DNA of 64,000 nucleotides from a bacterium. GTDB lineage: Bacteria > Patescibacteriota > Microgenomatia > UBA1400 > UBA12108. Shown piece after piece: positions 31,245-39,269 of this stretch (positions are counted from its first letter, which is position 1; each line of letters starts with the position of its first letter). The stretch spans positions 3,887-67,886 of the forward strand of contig JAJYKS010000001.1 in NCBI GenBank assembly GCA_021788365.1, read 5' to 3'. Position numbers and translations under genes: made by a program. A model generated the notes under the pieces. That model made no database searches, had not been told where the DNA came from, and saw nothing but the letters and a program-made list of their open reading frames with translations.

Positions 31245-31859
31245 CTATCGATTGTCGAGCGTGTGCCAGAGCGCAATGCTCCCATATGACTTATACGGGG
31301 ACCAGTGGTCAACGATTCGCTTTATTTGTTTGTCGGTAGGTTTGTCTTTGCCGTATAGTTTGCCAAAACCTTTACGAAGGCCGAGGTCTCCATACGAAAA
31401 AACGTTTTCTCGCTGGAGGGTAAAGAGCAAAAACATTTCGGCTGTCCAGCGGCCGATGCCCTTTACCTTCGTAAGTTCGGCGATTACGCTTTCGTCGTCC
31501 AATTCCTCGAGATTTGTGAGCACTACCTCGCGCGAAATGACCTTTGTCGCGAGGTCTTTTATATACATTACTTTGGCCCAGGAAAGTCCGACATCACGTA
31601 GTGACTGGTCGGGGACGGAGAGGACTGACTCCGGCGTTACTTTAGTGCCGATTAGGTTCTCGAAGCGGGTAAAAATAGCGGTCGCGGCGGCACCGGCAAG
31701 CTGCTGAGAGACGATCTCACGAGTGAGATTGTAGAAATGGTCAGATACTGGTCGCTCCTCCACCCAATCGCTCAGATTGACTATTGCGAGCACAGCGGCA
31801 ATTTTGGGGTCGTATTTCTCAAAATGTGCGTGGACTATGGAAAATGGAGTACGTGACAT
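31245..31859 (-). CDS. alkA: DNA-3-methyladenine glycosylase II (HhH-GPD)
   Basis: IVSQQL, LTKVKGIGRWTAEMFL, GDLGLRK, WSPYKSY. Confidence 0.9.
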   Translation of the reverse strand: MSRTPFSIVHAHFEKYDPKIAAVLAIVNLSDWVEERPVSDHFYNLTREIVSQQLAGAAATAIFTRFENLIGTKVTPESVLSVPDQSLRDVGLSWAKVMYIKDLATKVISREVVLTNLEELDDESVIAELTKVKGIGRWTAEMFLLFTLQRENVFSYGDLGLRKGFGKLYGKDKPTDKQIKRIVDHWSPYKSYGSIALWHTLDNR

Positions 31860-31871
31860 AGCTACTCCGTT

Positions 31872-32831
31872 CTAATAGTCCGTCGTGAGCGTGAGGTGAT
31901 ATGGCTCATCTCGTGCTGTTTTCTTCTGGCTTTGCACCCACAATATGCCATCTATCGTCATGGCATTTGTTTGGATGCCTCTTTCCTGGAGTTTTTCAAC
32001 AATGAGATGAATCGCCCAGAGCATGCCGGCACGTATTTCTATCTCCGCCGTGGAGTCGGCTGGGAGCGTGGTGCGGGAGGCGATTATGCGAGACAGCTCC
32101 TCGTCGTACTTAAGTATGCCGAGCTTATGCAGCTGCCAGGGTATCTTGTAGTCTGCTTCACCGATAAGGTCATCTACCCCCGTGATGGCACCGTACGGTG
32201 TATCACCAAATCCAACCGAAAGGTCGTGAACTAACAGTTGTGCTTTCTTGTAAAAGGGAATTGTTTTCCCTTTGTAATGTGAAATATCGTTGAACGTTGG
32301 AAATGTGTCGGCGAGTGCGAGCGTGAGACGCGTTGCGTCACGCGGAGATGTGGCAAGAAAATTGTGAACACAACCATCGTAGTTGTCGGTCAATATCTTG
32401 CCGATTTGGCGAAGTGCTGCAATTCTCTCCTCAAATAGTGGAATTTGTGGAGTGCCGGCGAAAAGTATTCCTCCGTCTTTACTTGTGAGATTTGCGAGAT
32501 ATTTACCATCTGTAAACGGAACACCTGATTCTAGTGCTCGCTGCACTGCCGCCAGAAGGCCCCACCAACCATCAATTTTTTCTCCCTGATATTCAGTCGT
32601 CCATTTTGCTGGATAGCCCCAGAAACAAAAAGCCATGGCATCGGACAAGAACCAGCGTGCAACTTCGTCTTCCCTCTGCGGCAGCGGGTGATACGCAAAG
32701 GGACACGCTTTCATCCAGTGGTCGAGCGAAATCGGTGTGAAATCGGTAGCGTAGCGTTCAAGGGCCGCCTCATCTACAGTTACATGGTCGGAGTGGGTAA
32801 CAACATGGTGGATGGCGTCTATCCAGTTCAT
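31872..32831 (-). CDS. queuosine salvage nucleoside hydrolase (DUF2419/QNG1 family)
   Basis: FCFW, FYKKAQL, ADYKIP..L..LGILKY, EIEIRA, ID..LW, H.T.T.DY. Confidence 0.85.
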   Translation of the reverse strand: MNWIDAIHHVVTHSDHVTVDEAALERYATDFTPISLDHWMKACPFAYHPLPQREDEVARWFLSDAMAFCFWGYPAKWTTEYQGEKIDGWWGLLAAVQRALESGVPFTDGKYLANLTSKDGGILFAGTPQIPLFEERIAALRQIGKILTDNYDGCVHNFLATSPRDATRLTLALADTFPTFNDISHYKGKTIPFYKKAQLLVHDLSVGFGDTPYGAITGVDDLIGEADYKIPWQLHKLGILKYDEELSRIIASRTTLPADSTAEIEIRAGMLWAIHLIVEKLQERGIQTNAMTIDGILWVQSQKKTARDEPYHLTLTTDY

Positions 32832-33967
32832 TTGAGATACCTCTTCCCCTTTAGTTTTTCTGGCAAGTAGCTTGTTTCATCGTATTTTTTATACCCCTTA
32901 CCGTATCCGAGGTTTTTCATAAGGCGAGTTGGGGCGTTTCTGATGTGCAGCGGAATCTCGAGGTTACCATATTTTTTAACATCTTCGAGCGCAGTCATAA
33001 AAGCGTCATAGGCGGAACGATCTTTTTTGGCGAGGGCGAGATAAACAGCACCATGAGCCAAGTTCTCCTGACACTCGGGGTACCCAATGGTCTCCACCGC
33101 ACGGAATACTGCGTTGGCAACGACCAGCGCAGTTGGCTGAGCGAGGCCAATGTCCTCTGAGGCAAATATCACCATACGGCGGGCAATAAATACCGGATCC
33201 TCTCCTGCTGCGACCATGCGCGCGAGGTAGTAGAGGGCTGCGTCTGGCTGACTAGCCCGCATACTTTTTATGAATGCCGAAATAGTGTCGTAGTGTTCGT
33301 CACCAGCCTGATCATAGCGCAAGTAGGGTGATTGTAGTGTGGCAACTAGCGCGTCTTTGGTGATTTTTTTATAGAGTCCGGCGGTAGCTTCCAAAACGTT
33401 TAGGGCTTTTCGGGCGTCGCCTGAGGCGTACGTCACCAAAAATTCACGAGCTGCTTTGTCTATTTTTACCTTTACGGCAGCAGCACCTTCGTCTATGACT
33501 TTTCCAAGATGTTCCTCTGACAACCCTTTCAGCACGTACACGTGACAGCGTGATTGCAAGGGACCAATAACCTCAAAACTGGGATTCTCGGTGGTCGCGC
33601 CAATGAGTGTAAGTACCCCTGACTCGACATAGGGTAAGAGAAAATCTTGTTGGGCCTTGTTGAACCGGTGTATTTCGTCGAGAAAGAGTACCGTGCGATG
33701 CGTGGGGTCAGCGTGCTCCACTATCGTTTTAACGTCTTCTTTTTTTGCCGATACTGCGGATAGGTAGTGGAAGTCGGCACCCACCGAGCTCGCGATTATC
33801 CTGGCAAGTGTTGTCTTCCCGCACCCTGGTGGTCCCCACAATATCATTGAGTGGATATCCCCCTCCTCCACCATGCGGCGGATGGGAGCGTGCTCCCCCA
33901 CCAAATGTTCTTGACCAATATAGGCAGCGAGCGATGTGGGCCGAAGGCGATCCGCTAAGGGTTGCAT
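32828..33967 (-). CDS. rarA: replication-associated recombination AAA+ ATPase
   Basis: PLADRLRP, WGPPGCGKTT, DEIHRFNKAQQD, GATTENPSF, ISAFIKS, ASEDIG, HIRNAPT. Confidence 0.97.
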   Translation of the reverse strand: MQPLADRLRPTSLAAYIGQEHLVGEHAPIRRMVEEGDIHSMILWGPPGCGKTTLARIIASSVGADFHYLSAVSAKKEDVKTIVEHADPTHRTVLFLDEIHRFNKAQQDFLLPYVESGVLTLIGATTENPSFEVIGPLQSRCHVYVLKGLSEEHLGKVIDEGAAAVKVKIDKAAREFLVTYASGDARKALNVLEATAGLYKKITKDALVATLQSPYLRYDQAGDEHYDTISAFIKSMRASQPDAALYYLARMVAAGEDPVFIARRMVIFASEDIGLAQPTALVVANAVFRAVETIGYPECQENLAHGAVYLALAKKDRSAYDAFMTALEDVKKYGNLEIPLHIRNAPTRLMKNLGYGKGYKKYDETSYLPEKLKGKRYLK

Positions 33968-34005
33968 ACCACTAGTTTCGTCTATTATTCGGTAAATTGC
34001 AAGCT

Positions 34006-34791
34006 TTATACTTCGGGGATAGCGTTGCCGGCAACGACTGATTTATATTTTGTCCCGAGTCGTTTTTGTGCCCAGAAGCGGCTACTGCGAAATAGCGAAT
34101 GAAACGTCCCGGCGTCTGACCAAAAACCCTTGAGTTCTTGCCACATCAACTGATTTTTCCGGAGATACCAGTTGTTTACGTCGGTAATCTCAAGTTCCCC
34201 GCGGCCGGATGGTTTTAGGGTACGGATGACGTCGTAAACTTGCGCATCATAAAAATAAAGTCCGGTAACGGCATAGGGAGAGGTCGCTTTCTTTGGCTTT
34301 TCTACGATTTCTACGATTTTTTCTGGATTATTTTTGTCGAACACTGGGTTGCCGAAACGCTCGGGGTCTATCACTTTTTTCAGAAATACCATTGCTCCCT
34401 CACCAGCCTGTGTGTAGTGCTGGACAGCACCAGAGATATCGGCGTCCGTGGTGTTGTCTCCTAAGATTACCGCTATGGGTTCGCCGTCGGAAAATGATTC
34501 CGCATATTTTAAGGCATCGGCGATGCCAACCGATCCCCCCTCTTGGAAAGCGTACTCAACATGCGTGAGTCCCAAGTCCTTGCCGTTTTTGATCACATTG
34601 ATAAAGTCGCCAGCGTGAATGTCACCTGTTACAACCATGACTTCGGTGATACCGGCGTTGACGAGTGTTTGGATGGGGTAGTACACCATGGGCTGGTCAT
34701 AGACTGGTAGCAAATGTTTGTTTGTCGCGTAGGTCAATGGATATAGCCTCGTCCCTTTTCCACCTGCCAATACTACACCCTTCATACCCAC
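34006..34791 (-). CDS. rmlA: glucose-1-phosphate thymidylyltransferase
   Basis: LAGGKGTRLYPLT, KHLLPVYD, EKP, PSGRGELEITD, WSDAGT. Confidence 0.92.
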   Translation of the reverse strand: MGMKGVVLAGGKGTRLYPLTYATNKHLLPVYDQPMVYYPIQTLVNAGITEVMVVTGDIHAGDFINVIKNGKDLGLTHVEYAFQEGGSVGIADALKYAESFSDGEPIAVILGDNTTDADISGAVQHYTQAGEGAMVFLKKVIDPERFGNPVFDKNNPEKIVEIVEKPKKATSPYAVTGLYFYDAQVYDVIRTLKPSGRGELEITDVNNWYLRKNQLMWQELKGFWSDAGTFHSLFRSSRFWAQKRLGTKYKSVVAGNAIPEV

Positions 34792-34804
34792 ACTCCTTTC
34801 ATAC

Positions 34805-35062
34805 TTATACGAGCAGCGTACTCACTATGACCACTGCTAGGGCAGCAACAAGGAAATATTCTAACACAACCTTGCTGTGTAATGACCGCGTGTGGTAGTG
34901 ATGCCATACCCCCCAGGCAAAATATGTCGTTGCGAAAACGGCGGTGGCAATAATGATATATATAGACTCTGTTTGATACTTTAGCACATAGAAAACATAT
35001 ACCGCGGCTCCTAGTGCAAGTACGCTGTAATCTGTCTTATATCTTCGAATGTCAATAAACAT
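34805..35062 (-). CDS. small 3-TM hypothetical protein
   Basis: Compact ORF between genes with a WG.WHH...LEY pattern. Confidence 0.65.
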   Translation of the reverse strand: MFIDIRRYKTDYSVLALGAAVYVFYVLKYQTESIYIIIATAVFATTYFAWGVWHHYHTRSLHSKVVLEYFLVAALAVVIVSTLLV

Positions 35063-35065
35063 AGA

Positions 35066-36001
35066 CTAGAGTATCCTTCCTGCGTTTATGATTGTCGTGA
35101 CCAAGAGGATCACGTTGATAAACACGATGTGCGCCCAGTTCTTCCCAACCCGGCGAGAGAATTTTTGCGACTCGGCTATTGCCAAGTCTAGGACTAGCGC
35201 AAGGATAAACAGTGCGGTTGTTGCCAGATTGACAATCCGCTGTACCGAGAAGGTATTGTACTGCGAAACGAATTGTGGAGTGGTGTGTGTTGCCGTCTGC
35301 TGCACCTCGGCTATTACCGGTAATGCGGGGGTGGGCGCGGGTGTTGCGGCGGCTGGGACAGGGCTCGCTGCGGCGCCCGCTACCCGCGGAGCGGCGGAAC
35401 TTTCGCCACGTGGCGCAACTGATCCGCCCGCGGTTGTCCCAAATTCTTGCACCACGAGCACCGTGTCTGCTCCAAGGAGCGACCCGGGGGAGACGGCGAT
35501 GCCGATATCGGTGTAGTGGGTATTTAATATATTGTCCCGATGAGTGGGCGAGGCCATCCAGGCATCCATAAGCCGGTTGGTGTTTCCAAAGTCTTTGGCC
35601 AAGTTTTCACCAGCGTAGGTGTAGTTGTACCCAACTGCCTGGAACCAGTGCCATGGTGTCAAACCAGATGGTGAGTTGTGGGCCCAATAGTTCTCGGCAA
35701 ACATGTCGGCGGCTTTTCGCCGAGCAGCGTCTGATAACTTACTGCTCAGTGAGAGTGGGCCGAGTCCGTTTGCCGCGCGCTCTTGGTTTGTCGCGGACAA
35801 CACCTCGTCTACTGTCACCGATGAAGTAAACCCAAGAATGTGCAAGCTCGACCGGTCGAGGAGGCGGATAAAAAGGCTACTGCCTATGACAATACCGATA
35901 ACAAAAAAGATGCCTGAGTTATGGAGGAGGCGCGCGCGGAAATTGTTCGTATGGTGAGGGGCAAACCAATGATGAACGGCTCGGGCAATGCGGGCAAACA
36001 T
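35066..36001 (-). CDS. CAP/SCP-domain membrane protein
   Basis: TNQER, KAADM...YWAH, AGENLA, WMASPTHRDNIL; N- and C-terminal TMs. Confidence 0.9.
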   Translation of the reverse strand: MFARIARAVHHWFAPHHTNNFRARLLHNSGIFFVIGIVIGSSLFIRLLDRSSLHILGFTSSVTVDEVLSATNQERAANGLGPLSLSSKLSDAARRKAADMFAENYWAHNSPSGLTPWHWFQAVGYNYTYAGENLAKDFGNTNRLMDAWMASPTHRDNILNTHYTDIGIAVSPGSLLGADTVLVVQEFGTTAGGSVAPRGESSAAPRVAGAAASPVPAAATPAPTPALPVIAEVQQTATHTTPQFVSQYNTFSVQRIVNLATTALFILALVLDLAIAESQKFSRRVGKNWAHIVFINVILLVTTIINAGRIL

Positions 36002-36097
36002 ACCTCCATTATGCGAGGTTGTGTGGCGCGGCGCAAGTTTTTAAAATTCTATCTATATGATGCATTATTTCTATATACTGTAATATAGTCTGTACAG

Positions 36098-36126
36098 TTG
36101 ACTAGCCCTACGGCAACTACTATATT
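36098..36126 (+). promoter_or_regulatory. sigma70-type promoter TTGACT-N17-TATATT
   Basis: Near-consensus hexamers with a 17-nt spacer, upstream of 36295. Confidence 0.65.
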
Positions 36127-36224
36127 GAAACTGTATGCTACCGAAAATTGTTTGTAATCCTAGAGGGTGGCCATGCAAGGACTTATAAGTAGTTTTGAAG
36201 AGTGTATTCTCTCTGCCGTAAAGA

Positions 36225-36247
36225 TCCCCGCCGTGAGCGGGTTTTTT
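36225..36247 (+). terminator. intrinsic terminator within the leader of 36295
   Basis: CCCGC-cgtga-GCGGG followed by T6. Confidence 0.7.
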
Positions 36248-36294
36248 GTAGCCGTTTATCTGTTTGAAGCATAGAGAAAGGAGGTGAAAACAAT

Positions 36295-36858
36295 ATGATT
36301 ATGCAAAAAATTTTGGCTGTGGCTGCGGCGGGTGGCATGATGCTGTCCCTTGCAGGAGCGGCAGGAGCGACTTCCTGCTTTGGGTGGTGGTGCCCAAGTC
36401 CCACACCTACTCCGACGAGCTCGATTACCATCAAAAACGAAGACGTAAAAGTCATCGCTGAGGTGCGCGCAGTTTCGAAGACGGGTGGTAATACCCAAAC
36501 GGTGACTGGAAGCGTCACACCGACCATGTCGTGGTGGGGATGGACAACGCCCAGCACAACGGTAAGCCAGAGTATGACCACTGGGCCAGCGGCGACACAG
36601 GCGTTGGTTGATAAAGTCCAGGTGGGTACGGCACTCTTACCAAGTTGCGGCTGCACGAACCCAATGGACGTATCGGTCACAAACGAAGATATGTTTGTGA
36701 AAGCCGAGTCCTCGGCGCTCAGCATGACCGGCGGTAGTACCCAAATGGTCGCGCCTATGGCAACCATGACCTCGCAGGCTATGGTGACCGGGGCGACCTC
36801 GTCGCTGTCGGGTGTGAATCTGGTTTCTGTCGGATACACCGATTTTAGCGTCAACTGA
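36295..36858 (+). CDS. secreted protein with two internal TGG[NS]TQ repeats
   Basis: Signal peptide (AGA), 13-nt SD AGAAAGGAGGTGA, two copies of I/V.NED..V.AE..A.S.TGG.TQ...SQ.M.TG. Confidence 0.8.
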   Translation: MIMQKILAVAAAGGMMLSLAGAAGATSCFGWWCPSPTPTPTSSITIKNEDVKVIAEVRAVSKTGGNTQTVTGSVTPTMSWWGWTTPSTTVSQSMTTGPAATQALVDKVQVGTALLPSCGCTNPMDVSVTNEDMFVKAESSALSMTGGSTQMVAPMATMTSQAMVTGATSSLSGVNLVSVGYTDFSVN

Positions 36859-36929
36859 GATCGTCTCCAGGCATAGGGGGTGAGAGGCGAGGGCTTCCGC
36901 CCCTTTCCTGGAAGGAAAGGATACGGCAA

Positions 36930-39269
36930 GTGTACAAAAGGGCGAAGCATTTTTTTCGGGGGGCGGCGCGGAGAGCGTGTGTGGTGGCTTTGGTGTGGCT
37001 CCTAATCCTGCAGATGGTTTCGCCGGCACTCATACTTGCGGATGATTTGACTAGCACGCCTTCGGCGGATGTGGCAGCGAGTGTCTCTCCCTCCCCGAGC
37101 GAAGCTCCCACTTCCACCATGGATACGGGGGATGCGTATGCTACCGCTGTTGCCACCGTGCTCACCGATACCACGTTGATTGACTCTACTGTGTCGGCTG
37201 TCCAAGGAGACGTTGTGGACCCGAACCAAGGCGATATCGACCTCACCACCCCCTCCTCCAGTCCGTCTGCATCGCCTGAAGCGACAGAGAGCGGGACAAT
37301 ACCGACACCTGCCCCCGCGGAGATTGATATCGAGATCGATAATACGGCAACCAGCACGGCGAGCGTGGCAGCATCTGCCGTGACCGGCGGCAATAGCCAG
37401 GATACGCCCGGTGAGGCCGACATGCACGCCGGGGACGCGGCGGCATCTGCCTATGCAACGACTTTGACCAATACCACTCTCGTTAACTCCACCATCCAAG
37501 TAGCACTTCTCTCTATTTTTGCCAACTGGAACGGGAACATCCTCATAGACCCATCCTTGGCTACTCCCAGCGCAGTACTCTCACCCATGACCGGCTACCT
37601 GGAGATATCCAATACCGGCGACGTTATATTGACTGCGGATGCGAGCGCCCGGACGGGAGATAACTCACAGACGACCGGCGGTGACGCGACTACGCAGACC
37701 GGGAGTGCAATGTCTGTAGCTAGCGTTCACACACTGGCGGACACGACACTAGTAGATGTGGATATATTTGATTTTTTCGTCCAGAATCCATGGCTCTGGA
37801 CCGGTGGGGTATACAACTGGCTATTCCCCGGCAGTCGACAAAGTCCGGACGAAGTATTGGGTAGGAATATTGCCGCATCCGGAGGTAGCAGCTGCGACGG
37901 CTGCACCGTAAACCTGGCTATCTCCAATAGCGGTGATGTGGCCACAACAGTTACGGCAACGGCTGATACGGGCGGAAATACACAAACGGCAAGCGGCAGT
38001 GCCTATATGACCACGGGCGATGCCTATGCCTCTGCACAAGCGGCAGTCGTCGCCAATACGACACTCATAAACTCCAGATATCGGCTACTATCCATCAACG
38101 TCCTGGCGCCGTGGACCGGCAATCTCATCGTCCCCTATCCTGATCTAGCCCTCATGGTCTCGGCTCCCGATACGGTTGCGGAGGGCGAGGATATTCCCTT
38201 TACCGTCACCGTCACCAACCAAGGGTACGAGGCGGCGCGGCCGGTGCGGCTCGGATATGCCATAACCAACGACACCCATCCGGTGGTGACAAGCGCAGTA
38301 GACGAGCCAGACCTGCCACCAGGGGCATCGGTCAGCCAGACTTTTACGTTCCCCACCACCGGACGAGGCGGGGCCACCATTCTTTTCCAGGCAACGGCGA
38401 GTACCCCGATGGCCGAAGAGTCGACATCTAACAATACGGCCTCGGTGTCTACACTAGTACAGACGACGCCTGGTGGGGCGCAGCCGGCGGCGCCATCGGA
38501 CGAGATCCCCACCCTTTCTTTGACGGCAAAGAACAATATCGCTACCTTTATATATCCAGGAGACACGGTGCGCTACGAAGCGGTCATCACCAATGTGGGA
38601 CCGGGGATTGCACGCGACACGGTCTTTTCTCAGGCGATGGTCACGAAGGACGGGGAGATTGTACGCGGATTTGTCGGGGCTGTTGGTGATATACCCGCTG
38701 GGGGAAATAAGACTATACGGTTTTCGATGGTAACTTCACCCGAACTCTCGGCCGGCACGTACTATACGGAGTCTATCGTTCGCGGTCGTTCGGACAACAG
38801 CACGGCGATCGCCTCGAACGTGGTCGAGAACATCGTGCCCGTGCATGGCCGGGGAGGCGGAATCGTCCAGGGAGTGGGGGCTATATCTCCAGAGATCCTG
38901 GGGGTAAACCTAGCACGGCCGGGGGGTGCGCCGCCTATAACCTGTGCTTCGTGTAACCCTGGTATCTGGTACCTGCTCCTCACGACGGGGTCGCTATCTT
39001 ATCTTTTCTCACTGGAGCGGCTGCGACGGAAGATCCCCTTGCCCCGCCTTGTCGGCCTAGGACTGGTGTGGCCGCTTTTCGTCTATGGATTTTATCTTGT
39101 GGCCCATGCCGACTGCCGCAGCGGCATCGCCATAACTTCTCCCGATCCATGGTGCCGGTGGTTGCTCCCTGCGGCGATTGCTCTGTATCTCCTCATTACA
39201 GCCGGGGGGCGCGGACTACGCCACGCAGTACTTTCTAAGATAGAGAAACGTTTGGCCTATATCGGTTAG
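36930..39269 (+). CDS. membrane-anchored surface protein with TG[GD]N[ST]Q repeats and CARDB/DUF11-like Ig domains
   Basis: Signal peptide, three repeats, PDL...FTVTVTNQG...NNTAS, PGDTVRY...TNVGPG, three C-terminal TMs. Confidence 0.8.
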   Translation: MYKRAKHFFRGAARRACVVALVWLLILQMVSPALILADDLTSTPSADVAASVSPSPSEAPTSTMDTGDAYATAVATVLTDTTLIDSTVSAVQGDVVDPNQGDIDLTTPSSSPSASPEATESGTIPTPAPAEIDIEIDNTATSTASVAASAVTGGNSQDTPGEADMHAGDAAASAYATTLTNTTLVNSTIQVALLSIFANWNGNILIDPSLATPSAVLSPMTGYLEISNTGDVILTADASARTGDNSQTTGGDATTQTGSAMSVASVHTLADTTLVDVDIFDFFVQNPWLWTGGVYNWLFPGSRQSPDEVLGRNIAASGGSSCDGCTVNLAISNSGDVATTVTATADTGGNTQTASGSAYMTTGDAYASAQAAVVANTTLINSRYRLLSINVLAPWTGNLIVPYPDLALMVSAPDTVAEGEDIPFTVTVTNQGYEAARPVRLGYAITNDTHPVVTSAVDEPDLPPGASVSQTFTFPTTGRGGATILFQATASTPMAEESTSNNTASVSTLVQTTPGGAQPAAPSDEIPTLSLTAKNNIATFIYPGDTVRYEAVITNVGPGIARDTVFSQAMVTKDGEIVRGFVGAVGDIPAGGNKTIRFSMVTSPELSAGTYYTESIVRGRSDNSTAIASNVVENIVPVHGRGGGIVQGVGAISPEILGVNLARPGGAPPITCASCNPGIWYLLLTTGSLSYLFSLERLRRKIPLPRLVGLGLVWPLFVYGFYLVAHADCRSGIAITSPDPWCRWLLPAAIALYLLITAGGRGLRHAVLSKIEKRLAYIG

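Noticed and set aside
36183-37499. Long minus-strand ORFs (255, 190 and 165 aa)
   Set aside because: They are antisense shadows of the plus-strand genes, which have SD or signal peptides and repeat structure.
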